The notes: generated by a model not told the origin, from the sequence alone. A stretch of 64,000 nucleotides of DNA from Octopus vulgaris (GCA_951406725.2 OX597818.1:124806001-124870000); one strand, 5' to 3'; positions 13,705-25,990 are shown, counted from the first letter of the stretch. Translations and numbers: made by a program.

Positions 13705-14100
13705 CTAACAGTATCGCCCGGCGTTGCTCGGGTTTGTAAGGGAAATAACTATATAAGCATTTTTAGAGAGTTATAGCCAAAAAATAGCAAAAAAATGCAT
13801 TAAAAATGGAAAACAAATTATGGTAAATTTTTTTTTTAATCGTTGACTCATCGTAGACATTTTTAGAGAGTTACTTCCCTTATATAATAGTGAAAAAATG
13901 CATTAAAATGAAAAAATGATGGTAAATTTTTTTTTAAATCGTAGACTCATCATAGACACACGCTAATACCCAGAAGGGCTCGATATGAATCACGACTATA
14001 AGATACCCAGTTTTGGTTAAACTGCACCGCAAAATGTGGGAGTAGTTAGGAATCTAAATCGTAGGAGACAGACACATAACTTCACTTTTATATATAAAGA
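13705..14100 (-). mobile_element. Non-autonomous Helitron, same 3' end as the 12502 copy but different 5' half
   Basis: Starts A|TCTTTATATATAAAA; ends CCCGAGCAACGCCGGGCGATACTGTTAG|T. Confidence 0.75.
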
Positions 14101-14690
14101 TTTTCATTTCCATAAAGCTTTCTATACATATAAAAACTTACACACCTCTATGTCACGCTGGTGAGACCCATATTGGAGTACGGGATTCAAGCCTCTTCTC
14201 CTTATCTCCTCAAAGGCATACATCATCTCGAAAGAGTCCAGAAGCTGGCTACCCGCATGGTTCTTGGTCTCAAGCATTTGTCTTATGAAGAAAGGCTGAA
14301 GACGCTTGACCTTTATTCTCTAGAAAAACGATGACGCCGTGGTGATCTCATTCTTTCTCACAACATTATAAGCGGAAAGTGTAACCTCTTGAAAGAGCTG
14401 TTCTTCACTCCTGCTCCAGAGCGTCAGCTGCGGGGTCACTCCGAAAAGCTCTATCTGCGACGATTTCATCTCAATCGAAGGAGAGGGGCTTTCTCCGTCC
14501 GGGTTGTGGATCCGTAGAATAAGCTGCCAGACGAGATAGTGAAGATGCCGATGACCGCTCGGTTCAAAGTCTCCCTTGACCAGAAATGGCCTGAACTCTT
14601 TGCATGAACACCCTCCCTGTGCATAACTCCATGTCCCCTACATGGCCTTGCTTTTTGCTTTTTGAGCCAAATAATTAACTTAACTTAATT
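14101..14690 (+). mobile_element. CR1/L2-type LINE 3' end
   Basis: VRPILEYG...HLERVQKLATRMV.GLKHLSYEERLKTLDLYSLEKR*RRGDLI...LRGHSEKL...AFSVRVV; short 3' UTR and (TTAAC)n tail. Confidence 0.9.
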
Positions 14691-15057
14691 ATATCGTCAT
14701 CACTATTTTAATGTTCACTTTCCCACGCTTGCATTGGTTAGACCAAGTTTACTGAAGCAAATTTTTCTACAGCCTTTCCTCTGACCAACCCCTAGCTGTT
14801 TTGAAGGCTAGACATCTTTTCACAGAAAACTAGAAATGAACGACACTGAATGCATGACAGTGACACTCATAACTATCAAATAATGTCAAGACAGGGAGAT
14901 ACAAGAATACACACAAACACGCACACATATATATATAACATCGTCGTCATCATCATTAATGTCTGTTTTCAACACTGGCATGGATTCAGGGGTTTGACAG
15001 GGGCTGGCAAACCAGAGGACTGCACCGAGCTCTAGTGACTATTTCTCTGTGTGTGTA

Positions 15058-15092
<35 letters not shown>

Positions 15093-15094
<2 letters not shown>

Positions 15095-15365
15095 CCTTGA
15101 CTGGCTTCTGTGCCGGTGGCACGTAAAAAGCACCAACCGATTGTGACTGCTGCCAGATCTCCCTGGCACCTGTGCCAGCGGCACGTAAAAAGCACCCACT
15201 ACACTCATGGAGTGGTTGGCGTTAGGAAGGGCATCCAGCTGTAGAAACACTGGCAGATCAGACTGGAGCCTGGTGCAGCCTCCTAGCTTCCCAACCCCGG
15301 TTGAACTGTCCAACCCGTGCTGGCACGGAGAACGGACGTTAAACGATGATGATGATGATGATGAT
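15093..15365 (+). mobile_element. RTE-LINE 3' UTR fragment
   Basis: Two core motifs, terminal stem-loop, (GAT)n tail. Confidence 0.8.
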
Positions 15366-15374
15366 ATATATATA

Positions 15375-15680
15375 TCTCACCATGACCGACCAGGCTATCA
15401 GATGTTGCCACACATCGCTGGTCATAGTGTGCTTCGCATTGTTTTAGCCTTCAAATGACACCACTCTGCTAGCTAAGTGAGCAGGCCAACAGAAGAAAGA
15501 GTGAGAGAAAGTTGTGGTGAAAGAGTACAGCAGGAATCGCCACCACCTCCTGCCAGAGCCTCGTGGAGCTTTTAGGTGTTTTGGCTCAATAAACACTCAC
15601 AACGCCTGGTCTGGGAATCGAGACAGCGATCCTACAACCATGAGTCCGCTGCCCTAACCACTAGGCCATTGTGCCTCCAC
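15375..15680 (-). mobile_element. tRNA-headed SINE with family B head and a different 3' body
   Basis: 15500-15680 matches 5775-5955; the remainder is unrelated to the tail of the 5567 copy. Confidence 0.75.
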
Positions 15681-16109
15681 ATATATATATATACATATAT
15701 ATAGTCAAATTGAATAAACATTAAAAATAACAATAACTAAAGAGGACATGCACATGGAATGTATTAGTCTGATGCTCTGTAAAGGGTTTTTGATGTTTCA
15801 GGCATAGCTCTTCATCAGAAAGGAACACACACACACATACAGAATGGACTTCTTTCAGTTCCGATCTACCAAATACAATGGCTTTGGTTAGCCCAAAGCT
15901 AAAGTGAAAGACACTCGTCCAAGGTGTATTGAGTCTGTAACGATGTGGTGGAGAAGCAAACTTAATCACAACTCAGCTATACCTACAAGCATGGGCATAT
16001 GTGGGTATATACACACACACACACGTAACAAGGAAATCAAAAATTGCAAAGTTGTCCCACCCCTCTTATTTTTCTCCCCCGCCCCTCTTATTACTATTCT
16101 TTATAATAT

Positions 16110-16495
16110 ATATATATAATGAAATTATTGTATACAGTGCTCAGGTGCACCACAACTTGTCAGACAGTGCATATAAAGCACATGCAATAGTGTACAAATG
16201 TCTGGAAAGCGAACAATGCATGAGTCAGGTACATGCTTGTGTGTGTATGGAGGGGAGAAAATCAGGTGTAGTGTTGGCGAATCTCGGGAAGCATGGAAGT
16301 TTTGAAGGATGCAGTGCTCCGACAACTAACAACTGATGCCGGCAGTAAGTTTGTTCCATGCTTCAGCAACTCTCAGCGTGAAAAAATGTTTCCTGAAGTC
16401 ATGGAAGGAGCTGTGCTGTTTTCTGACTTCATAAATATGTCCACGGGTGTTAGACGGGTGGAGTCTGAAAAGGTGCTCAGAGTTATTGTTTGTGC
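16110..16495 (-). mobile_element. CR1/L2-type LINE 3' end (second family)
   Basis: EHLFRLHPSNTRGHIYEVRKQHS..DFRKHFFTLRVAEAWNKL followed by a 3' UTR. Confidence 0.8.
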
Positions 16496-17064
16496 GATGT
16501 CCTATCAATACAGATATCAACAGTCCACTAATATTGCTGTTGATAGCACCTCAACAAGTGTTTTCAGAGCAATTTCCCTGCTAAAACAGAGGGTTTAGTC
16601 TTGCAAGGAAGAGGGCATGACAGTCCCCTTCACGCTGTTCCATCTTCTACACGTCCCTCACCAATCCACTCGCTCTCAATTCCTCCTTCATTATCTTTTT
16701 AGCCATGTCCTTCCCAATCTTTCCCTTCCTCTGTTTTCTTCCACATTCATTTCCATCACTCTTCCTCCACCACCACCACCACCCTGCATACACGCAGTCA
16801 CTTTCATCCTTCTAAGCACATGACTCAGCAACCTCATCCCATTTCTCTTCACATCTATCATTAAATTCAATTCCCAACATCCACTACAACCCTTTTCTAT
16901 ATTGCCCCATGTTCATGACTCATAGTACTGCTCATAGATAAAGCATAGATATTTCCCTTCAGCTTCAGTGACACTCTCATTATGATTAACACACTTTACC
17001 GTCCCTGAAACTTTTACCATGGAAATATATATATATATATTCAACAATTATATATATATATATA

Positions 17065-17452
17065 CTCTTTTATTCTTTTAGTTGTTTCAGTCATTTGACT
17101 GTGGCCATGCTGGAGCACCACCTTTAGTCAAGCAAATTGACGCCAGGACTTATTCTTTGTAAGCCTAGTACTTATTCTATTGGTCTCTTTTGCCAAACTG
17201 CTAAGTTACGGGGATGTAAACACACCAGCATCGGTTGTCAAGCGATGTTGGGGCGACAAACACAGACACACAAACAAGCCTATATACGACGGGCTCTAAA
17301 TTTTGCCTTCCAAATCCACTCACAAGGCTTTGGTCGGCCTGAGGCTATAGTAAACTGCTGACACTTTCAAAATTTTCAAACGCAGTGGGACTGAATCCCG
17401 GAACCATGTGGTTGGTAAGCAAGCTACTTACCACACAGCCACTCCTGTGCCT
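17065..17452 (-). mobile_element. SINE family A
   Basis: Head, body and tail match the other copies; small internal substitutions of sequence. Confidence 0.8.
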
Positions 17453-17471
17453 ATATATATATATATATATA

Positions 17472-18107
17472 CTGTGGTACCTTGACTTATGAGTTTAATT
17501 AGTTCCATGACAGAGCTTGTAACTCAAAATTACTCATATGTCAAATTAAATTTCCTCATTGAAATGAACTGAAATGTCATTAATCAGTTCCAGGCCCTCC
17601 AAAAAAACACCACAATTTTTTTTGTTATGTGTTTTTAAATAAGAAAAATATATTTATAAATAACAAATATTGTGTAAAAAAAACAATACAATAGAACGTA
17701 CGGCAATAAACTGGTTTTCTTAAATATAAAATACAGCATTTAGAAATCAAAACAGCTTGAGGATGCTGAAAGAGGTGGAGGAGAGAGGCTGAACTGAATA
17801 ACTGAATCTTATTCACTGATTTTTGCCCTTTTCACCATGCTTTCTTCACTTTCATCTAGAGAAGTTTTCGATAAAAACCTGTCCAATAAGGTCTGTTTGA
17901 TCCTCACTTTCAGAGTGTTTCTGAAATGAGTTAGGCAAGTGTCATTAAATAGCACCGTCGCATGCCCAGCTGCAACTTTTCCTGGATGTTTCTTTTGAAT
18001 GAAGCCTGAAAGTTTCTCCCACATTCTCAACATTTCCTTTATCACACTGGTAGAGGCAACCTCCTCCATCTCCTCTGTGTCACCTATTTCTTGCAAAACC
18101 TCCATGT
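17472..18107 (-). mobile_element. Tigger/pogo-type DNA transposon, 3' end only
   Basis: TA|CTGTGGTACCTTGACTTATGAG resembles Tigger TIRs. ORF 17809-18105 (IKEMLRMWEKLSGFIQKKHP...LFNDTCLTHFRNTLKVRIKQTLLDRFL) resembles the C-terminus of TIGD1/Tigger-like transposases. Confidence 0.75.
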
Positions 18108-19138
18108 GCCCTCACAAGCAACCAAAGAAATAAGCACAGTTTACGGTGATGTTTCTTTATCCGAAAGAACTGTACAGAAGTGGTTCGCAAGGTTCCGAGC
18201 TGGAGATTGTAGCCTTATTGATAAAGAGCGATCAGGCAGACCATCCACTACAGATGATGACCAAATCAAGTCATTAATTGAGAACAACCCACATTACACA
18301 ACCCGAGAATTGGCAGAAAGCCTCAACCTATCAAAATCCATTGTTCATGAGCACCTGGTAAAGCTTGGGTACACAAATCGCTACGATGTTTGGGTACCAT
18401 GCATTGAGTGAGAAGAACCTTTTGGATCGCATTTCCATCTGTGATTCGCTTTATAAACGGAATGAAAACACGCCTTTTTTAAAGCAAACTGTGACAGGTG
18501 ATGAGAAATGGATTATCTACCGAAATGTTCAGAGAAAGCAATTCTGGAGTAAGTGACATGAGCCACCCTTAGCCAGCCCAAAAGCGGGTCTTCACCCTAA
18601 AAAAGTCTTGCTTTGTGTCTGATCGGATTGGAAAGGAATTCTGTACTATGAGCTTCTTCCAAGTAACCAGACAATTAATTTTGAGAAATACTGCACACAA
18701 CTGGATGAGCAGCAATTCAAGAGAAATGTCCAGAATTAGCCAACAGGAAGGGTGTTGTTTACCAACATGATAATGCAAGACCACACATTTCATTGGGAAC
18801 CAGGCAAAAATTGCTGCAGCTCAGCTGGGATGTGTTACCTCACCCTCCATATTCACCAGATATCGCTCCTTCAGATATCCACTTATTCAGGTCTCTGCAG
18901 AATAGTCTTAATGGTAAAAATTTCAATTTCTTGGATGACATAAAAAGATACCTTGATGAATTCTTTGCCATGAGACTACCTCAATTCTGGGAAGAGGATA
19001 TTTTCAAGTTAAAGGAAAGATGGAGATGCATTGTGCAACAAAATGGTTCATATTTGGTTGATTAAAAATGTAATGGCAAGTATTTATTGACCTTTTTCTT
19101 TCCTTTAAAAATCAGTACGAACTTTCCGGACAACCCAA
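18108..19138 (+). pseudogene. Mariner transposase pseudogene, 5'-truncated, with 3' TIR
   Basis: HTH (SERTVQKWFARFRAGD...RSGRPS), WVP, VTGDEKW, QHDNARPH, HPPYSPDIAPSD across frameshifts; terminal CGAACTTTCCGGACAACCCAA|TA. Confidence 0.93.
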
Positions 19139-19674
19139 TACAAGAGATTAAAATAAAATAAAAAGAGGTGGTACAGACATGTGATGTACATGAAGGATGA
19201 CAGTTGGCTCAAGAAGAGTCAAGAGATCCAAGAGAAGGGTGACAAGGAAAAGTCTGAGAAGGAGTAATGAAAGTGAATCTTATGATACTGAATCTCATAA
19301 TGGAGATACCAAATGACTGGAACAAGAAACAAAAACCTGTGCTGAAGAAAAACATGTTTAACCCACACAAGCATGGGTAAATGGGTTTACAATGATGACA
19401 GGTTTTTTCACAGTTTCCAACCATTAAATTAGAGTTCTCGGACAAGTATTGAATAGACACTGTCCCAAAGTGCCATAGTGTAGGACAGAACCCAAAACCA
19501 TAAGGTTGCAAAGAAAACCGCTTTAACCTCACAGCCACATTTACATCCATTTGGGTTTCAAACAGTGTACTAGCATAAAGAACATGGATCAATTTATTAA
19601 GCATAATATTACAGAAAACGTTTAAAGTCATGTGAACTGGCTTTAACACAAGAAAATAAATCCATTGGACTTAC

Positions 19675-19749
19675 CCAATCTTTATAAACAAATCCAAGAA
19701 TACCACCAATGAGTTCCAGGAAAAATATTACTCCAACAAATATGGAAAA
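19675..19749 (-). CDS. Same tetraspanin, next exon (TM3)
   Basis: 75 nt = 25 codons: FSIFVGVIFFLELIGGILGFVYKDW (TSPAN5: FSVFLGIIFFLELTAGVLAFVFKDW). Acceptor ttttttttcccccccag, donor gtaagt, phase 0/0. Continues directly from the 59509 exon. Confidence 0.93.
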
Positions 19750-20378
19750 CTGGGGGGGAAAAAAAAGAACACAAGTCAAATATATGCATATAAAATAAAT
19801 GAAGTGTGTGTGTGTGTGTGTGTATGTGTGTGTGTGTGTGCATACACACATACATTTCTTTCTTCCAGTCATTTAATCATGTTAAACCGTTAATCCTGAC
19901 ACATTTCTCTTTTTCTCTGTATTGTTTTTCCTCTCATCCCTTTCTGCTCAAGAGCATAGACTCGAAACATCAAAGATTTTTCCATTATTCCCAAGCGTCA
20001 AACTAATACACATGTTTGTGGCTCCCTCCCCTGTCTTTGTCCTTTGTTTTCTGTACATTTGAATCATATACAATATGTGATGGACTCTCCCATTGAAGAT
20101 GACGAATGAGTGTTCAGCTTTTGTTGAATGACCTGCACAAACGATTTGTTTATAGTGATCAAATGTATGTGACACACATTAGCTCACTCTCTCCAAATCA
20201 ACATTGTCTGAACAGGTGCACAGTGAACCACATGTCAGGTGCCAAAGTGATTGTAGAGCAATACGAGATTATGTGTTTTGCTCAAGAACATAACACACCA
20301 CCTGGTCTAGGAATTGAAATCACAATTGTTAGGCCATGAGTGCAACTCCCTAACCACAAGGTCATGTGCGCTCACTAC

Positions 20379-20443
<65 letters not shown>

Positions 20444-20454
20444 TGTGTGTGTGT

Positions 20455-20686
20455 GTGCCGGTGGCACGTAAAAAGCACCATCCGATCGTGGCCGTTTGCC
20501 AGCCTCGTGTGGCACGTAAAAAGCACCAACTACACTCACGGAGTGGTTGGCGTTAGGAAGGGCATCCAGCCGCAGAAATATTGCTAGATCAGACTGGGCC
20601 TGGTGCAGCCTTCTGGCTTCCCAGACCCCAGTTGAACCGTCCAACCCATGCTAGCATGGAAAGCAGATGCTAAACGATGATGATGA

Positions 20687-20690
<4 letters not shown>
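20455..20690 (+). mobile_element. RTE-LINE 3' UTR fragment
   Basis: Two core motifs, terminal segment and (GAT)n tail. Confidence 0.8.
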
Positions 20691-20722
<32 letters not shown>

Positions 20723-21794
20723 GTGTTGTAGTTTGCTTGAAGCATTGTAGAAACTAAGAAGGGAAAGAAAAGTGAAAATAAGAAAGTTTCTGACAATGTC
20801 CAGTTACACATTTCTCAAAATGTTTCCTTCTGAAGATGGGCCTCTGCACCTGAAATATAAAGATTTTTATAAAACTTCCCGCTTTGTCAGAAGCTTTCTT
20901 TACTTCCACTTTCTTTCCCTTTCTATGTATGTATGTATGTATACGTGCACACATTATTTACCTTTGGTGCTGCATAGTAGAACCAAGCCTGAAAATACAT
21001 GGTTGCAAAGCTAACTTCTTAAACTGTTGACCTGTACCTAACGGTTAAATAAAACACAAATATATAGAGAAAAATAAAATATCAAACTAAAATGATTTAA
21101 AAAAAATTTTTTTTTTTGCCCCAGAATATGCCAGTTTCAAATCACAATGAATTTGATAAAATAAGTACTGAGAATGTCCTAGGGTTGATTTGGCTTATTT
21201 CTAACTTCTTGTTTACAAATTTATGGCCTTGTGCCAAGGAAAAATAGAAATATATATAATAAAAAATCAATAATGATTATCTTAACACACTTAAAAACCT
21301 ACAGGTATTGATTATGCATATGTGTGCAAGCATGTATGTATGTGCATATATACACATATATATATATACACTCGCCATCAATACACTCATGTATGTAGAA
21401 TACAATCAATGACAATTGGAGAAATTAAACACTTATAAAACCCATCTCATCAAAAACAGAAATGAAGAACGCATTTTTTTTTCCTCTGTCTGCTTGTTAA
21501 CAATCTAACAGTCTGCACTGATATCTAATCAAAGTGGTTTTGTCTGCAGCTACTTGTACTTGTCTGTTTACATTGATGGCAGATAACTTCGTACGAGTTG
21601 AAAAATGCAATTTGAAATTATGAAAATGAAGACTATGGACATTATTAACCATTTACACTCATCGTGTCTGTCTGACAGACAATGTACAGAAAATAGGCAA
21701 CTGTTATTTCTCACTGTTAACTAACAAAGAAAGAAGTGAAAACAATGTACACACACACACACATGCGCACACACACACAATCATCATCTTTTAA

Positions 21795-22016
21795 CCCTTT
21801 CATTACCAACCCGGCTAAAACCGGCTCTGGCTCTGTAGTACAAATGTCTAGTTTTCATAAGTTTTTCATTAAAATCTTCCACCAAACCTTAGTCACAATT
21901 TATGTTCCTATCACTAGCTTAATGATAGCTAAATTATTTTACTAAATCCTTTGTTAGATTTAAAATTAATTGAAAGAAACACAGAGCATCTCAAAATAAA
22001 TACAGTAACGAAAGGG
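21795..22016 (+). mobile_element. piggyBac-type MITE family 1
   Basis: TTAA on both sides; TIRs CCCTTTCATTAC / GTAACGAAAGGG. Confidence 0.8.
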
Positions 22017-22196
22017 TTAATGTCCATCTTACACGCTAACATGGGTTGGAAGGTTTGAGAAGATCTTATGGCTTCCAAAGACTGCATGATGCTCCAATGT
22101 CTGCTTTGATGCAGTTTCTACTACACAACCATACCTGCATCTACAAATGCACACACACATGTGTCGTAAGCATTTTAATCATTAATATTTAAATCA

Positions 22197-22660
22197 GCTG
22201 GCGAGCTGGCAGAAACGTTAACACACCGGGTGAAATGCTTAGCAGTATTTCGTCTGCCACTACGTTCTGAGATCAAATTCTGCCAAGGTCAACTTTGCCT
22301 TTCATCCTTTCGGGGTCGATAAATTAAGTACCAGTTACGCACTGGGGTCGATATAATCGACTTAACCCCTTTGTCTGTCCTTGTTTGTCCCCTCTGTGTT
22401 TAGCCCCTTGTGGGTAGTAACAAAATAAATATTTAAATCAGCCATAAGGCAGTGAGCTGGCAGGATTGTTAGCATGTCAGGCAAAATGCTTAGTAGTACT
22501 TCACCTGTTGCTACGCTCCGAGTTCAAATTCCACCGAGGTTGACTTTACCTTTCATCCTTTTGAGGCTGATAAATTAAGTACCAGTTAAGTACTGGGGTC
22601 AATTTGATCAACTTAGCCCCACCTCCAAAATTTCAAGCCCTGTGCCTACAGTAGAAAGGA
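22197..22660 (+). mobile_element. Two adjacent SINE family C copies (GGCGAGCTGGCAGAAACGTTAGC head)
   Basis: B-box-like GAGTTCAAATTCC and conserved GCCTTTCATCCTTTCGGGGTCGATAAATTAAGTACCAG body; the two copies have different tails. Confidence 0.75.
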
Positions 22661-22984
22661 TATTTAAATCAGCCATATCCAGCCCAAATATTCCTCCAGT
22701 TTTATGTTCACGCTAGTCAGATCTGATCTCTTACACCTACCCTACAATGTCATTCTTACAGTAAAGAGTCACAGCATTGAAATCTCAAAGCTACAAAACA
22801 ATGCATAAGTAATTCGAAATAATGTGAATATATAAGCAGTACATTTGACAGTAATCTGAATGCTAAAGGGCTAAGCTTGATAGAATCTATCCCCGCTTCA
22901 AATCTGAAGGGTCTATTTCCAGTAAGTTCATGTACTCCTTGCTCCAGTTCATCTGCCACACATAAAACTTACTTCCTCTGTTAA

Positions 22985-23193
22985 TCTCTTTACTTTTACT
23001 CTTTTACTTGTTTCAGTCACATGACTGCGGCCATGCTGGAGCACCGCCTTTAATCGAGCAACTCGACCCCGGGACTTATTCTTTTGTAAGCCCAGTACTT
23101 ATTCTATAGGTCTCTTTTGCCGAACCACTAAGTAACGGGGACATAAATACACCAGCATCGGTTGTCAAGCAATGCTAGAGGGACAAACACACA

Positions 23194-23232
<39 letters not shown>

Positions 23233-23394
23233 GACAGGCTTCTTTCAGTTTCCGTCTACCAAATCCACTCACAAGGCTTTGGTCGGCCCAAGGCTATAGT
23301 AGAAGACACTTGCCCAAGGTGCCATGCCGTGGGACTGAATCCGGAACCATGTGGTTGGTAAACAAGCTACTTACCATACAGCCACTCCTGCACC
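22985..23394 (-). mobile_element. SINE family A, full length
   Basis: Near-consensus copy with (GTAAAAGA)n tail. Confidence 0.88.
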
Positions 23395-24057
23395 TATGAC
23401 AGCAATTTCACTACACCTTTTGCTTGTCCATAAATTACACCAATACAGCTTATGTAGTTTATACTGAATATACGCATGTGTGTGTGTCTACATGCTTTAT
23501 AAGCAACAAATATTTTTTTCTCCATTTATAGGAATTTCTTTGGGCAACTATATCTCTCTCTGAAAAGCACGTTTTTAGAGGTCTATATCTCTATAGCACA
23601 TTGAACTGATCCTAGTGTGTTGCTGGCACTTGTTTACTTCATAAAACTTGGTACACCCCCACCTCCGACCAAAATAGTAAGGCACCAAACTAGAATCATT
23701 AATTACAAATGCATTCACCGACTTAGTTATTATCACTTACAACTCTAAAAAAAAAAAAACATACATGATAGGTCTTTACAAATATCTTTCCACATGAGCA
23801 GGTGTTGGACAGTTCTAAAACTAAAGAAACCAAAGAGACATTGATGTTTGATGGAGTATTAAAGCAAATAGTAGAATGATAAAAGAGAAAATACTTTTTC
23901 TCTAGGAAACAACAGTTTCTCATTGATCTAGACACAACTTTGATTTTTATTCTATTGTTTCTCTCATATTTATTATATATAATATATAATACATTGTGTG
24001 TGTGTGTGCATAAATATATTTGTATATTATATAATGCATTATGTGTATACTATATTA

Positions 24058-25178
24058 TCATCATCATCATCATCATCGTCGTTTAACGTCCGTTCTCCAT
24101 GCTAGCATGGGTTGGACGGTTCGACCGGGGTTCTGGGAAGCCAGAAGGCTGCACCAGGCTCCAGTCTAATTTGGCAATGTTTCTACAGCTGGATGCCCTT
24201 CCTAACGCCAACCACTCCTTGAGTGTAGTGGGTGCTTTTTACGTGCCACCTGCACAGGTGCCAGGCGGGGCTGGCAACGGCCACGGTCAGATTGGTGTAT
24301 TTTATGTGCCACCGGCACGGAAGCCAGTCGAGGCGGTGCTGGCATCGGCCACGAGTCGGATAGTGCTTTTTACGTACCACCAGACCAGGGATCCTGGCTG
24401 GTTCAATTCGATTTCGATTTCGCTTGCCCCAACATGTCTTCACAAGCAAAGGGGGTTGGCAAGGGTGCCTGTCGTACGGTCGCATTGGAGTATTTTACGT
24501 GCCACGGCCACGAGTCGGATAGTGCTTTTTACGTACCATCAGACCAGGGATCCTGGCTGGTTCAATTCGATTTCGATTTCGCTTGCCCCAACATGTCTTC
24601 ACAAGCAAAGGGGGTTGGCATGGGTGCCTGTCGTACGGTCGCATTGGAGTATTTTACGTGCCACGGCCACGAGTCGGATAGTGCTTTTTACGTACCACCA
24701 GGCCAGGGATCCTGGCTGGTTCAATTCGGTTTCGATTTCGATTTCGCTTGCCCCAACATGTCTTCGCAAGCATGGGGGGTTGGCATGGGTGTCTGTCGTC
24801 GGATGAGGTTCTATATCGACTTCGCTTGCCTCAACCGGTCTTTGTGTCCAAGGGAGGAAAGGCATTCATAAGTGGGCTGGGCTCACTTGTCCTGCCTGGT
24901 CTTCTCACGTACAGAATATTTCCAAAGGTCTCGGTCTCTGGTCATTTCCTCAGTGAGGCCTAAAGTTCGAAGGTCGTGCTTCACCACCTCGTCCCAGGTT
25001 TTCCTGGGTCTACCTCTTCCACGGGTTCCCTCAACTGCTAGGGATTGGCACTTTCTCACACACCTATCTTCATCCATTCTCGCCACATGACCATACCAGC
25101 GCAATCGTCTCTCTTGCACACCACAACTGATGCTTCTTAGGTACAACATTTCTCTCAAGGTGCTAACGCTCTGTCGAG
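24058..25178 (-). mobile_element. RTE-clade LINE 3' end: ORF2 C-terminus (stop at 24883) plus complete ~820-bp 3' UTR
   Basis: CGVQERRLRWYGHVARMDEDRCVRKCQSLAVEGTRGRGRPRKTWDEVVKHDLRTLGLTEEMTRDRDLWK is a typical RTE C-terminus. It runs into the core-motif array and (GAT)n tail. Confidence 0.93.
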
Positions 25179-25539
25179 TAACTTTTATCATTTACTTTTT
25201 TCAGTCATTGGACTGCAGCCATACTGGAGTACCACCTTGAAAGGTTTAGTCGAACAAACTGACCCCAGTACTTATTTTAAGTATGGTACCTAATCTATCA
25301 ATTTTGGGGGCTGAGCCTCTAACCTGTAAGTTATAGGTACCTAACACACACAAAGCACCTACTACACTCACGGAGTGGTTGGCGTTAGGAAGGGCATCCA
25401 GCTGTAGAAACACTGCCAGATCAGACTGGGCCTGGCGCAGCCTTCTGGCTTCCCAGACCCCAGTTGAACCGTCCAACCCATGCTAGCATGGAAAACGGAC
25501 ATTAAACGATGATGATGATATATATATATATATATATAC

Positions 25540-25903
25540 TCTTTACTCTTTTACATGTTTCAGTCATTTAGTCGAGCAAATTGACCCTGGGACTTATTCT
25601 TTGTAAGCCCAGTACTTATTCTATCGGTTTCTTTTGCCGAACCGCTAAGTGACGGGGACGTAAACACACCAGCATCAGTTGTCAAGCAATGCTAGGGGTA
25701 CAAACACAGACACACAAACACATACACACATATACATATACGACAGGCTTCTTTCAGTTTCTATCTACCAAATCCACTCACAAGGCATTGGTCGGCCTGG
25801 GGCTATAGCAGAAGACACTTGCCCAAGATGCCACGCAGTGGGACTGAACCCGGAACCATGTGGTTGGTTAGCAAGCTACTTACCACACAGCCACTCCTGC
25901 GCC
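25540..25903 (-). mobile_element. SINE family A
   Basis: Near-consensus copy with a small internal deletion. Confidence 0.85.
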
Positions 25904-25940
25904 TATATATATATATATATATAGGGAAACAAGCTATATA

Positions 25941-25983
<43 letters not shown>

Positions 25984-25990
25984 AAACAAG

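Noticed and set aside
21582-21600. ATAACTTCGTA, resembling a loxP half-site
   Set aside because: Only 11 nt match, with no spacer or second arm; compatible with chance.
24099-24871. 235-aa and 145-aa plus-strand ORFs
   Set aside because: Antisense translation of the internally triplicated RTE 3' UTR; no protein motif.
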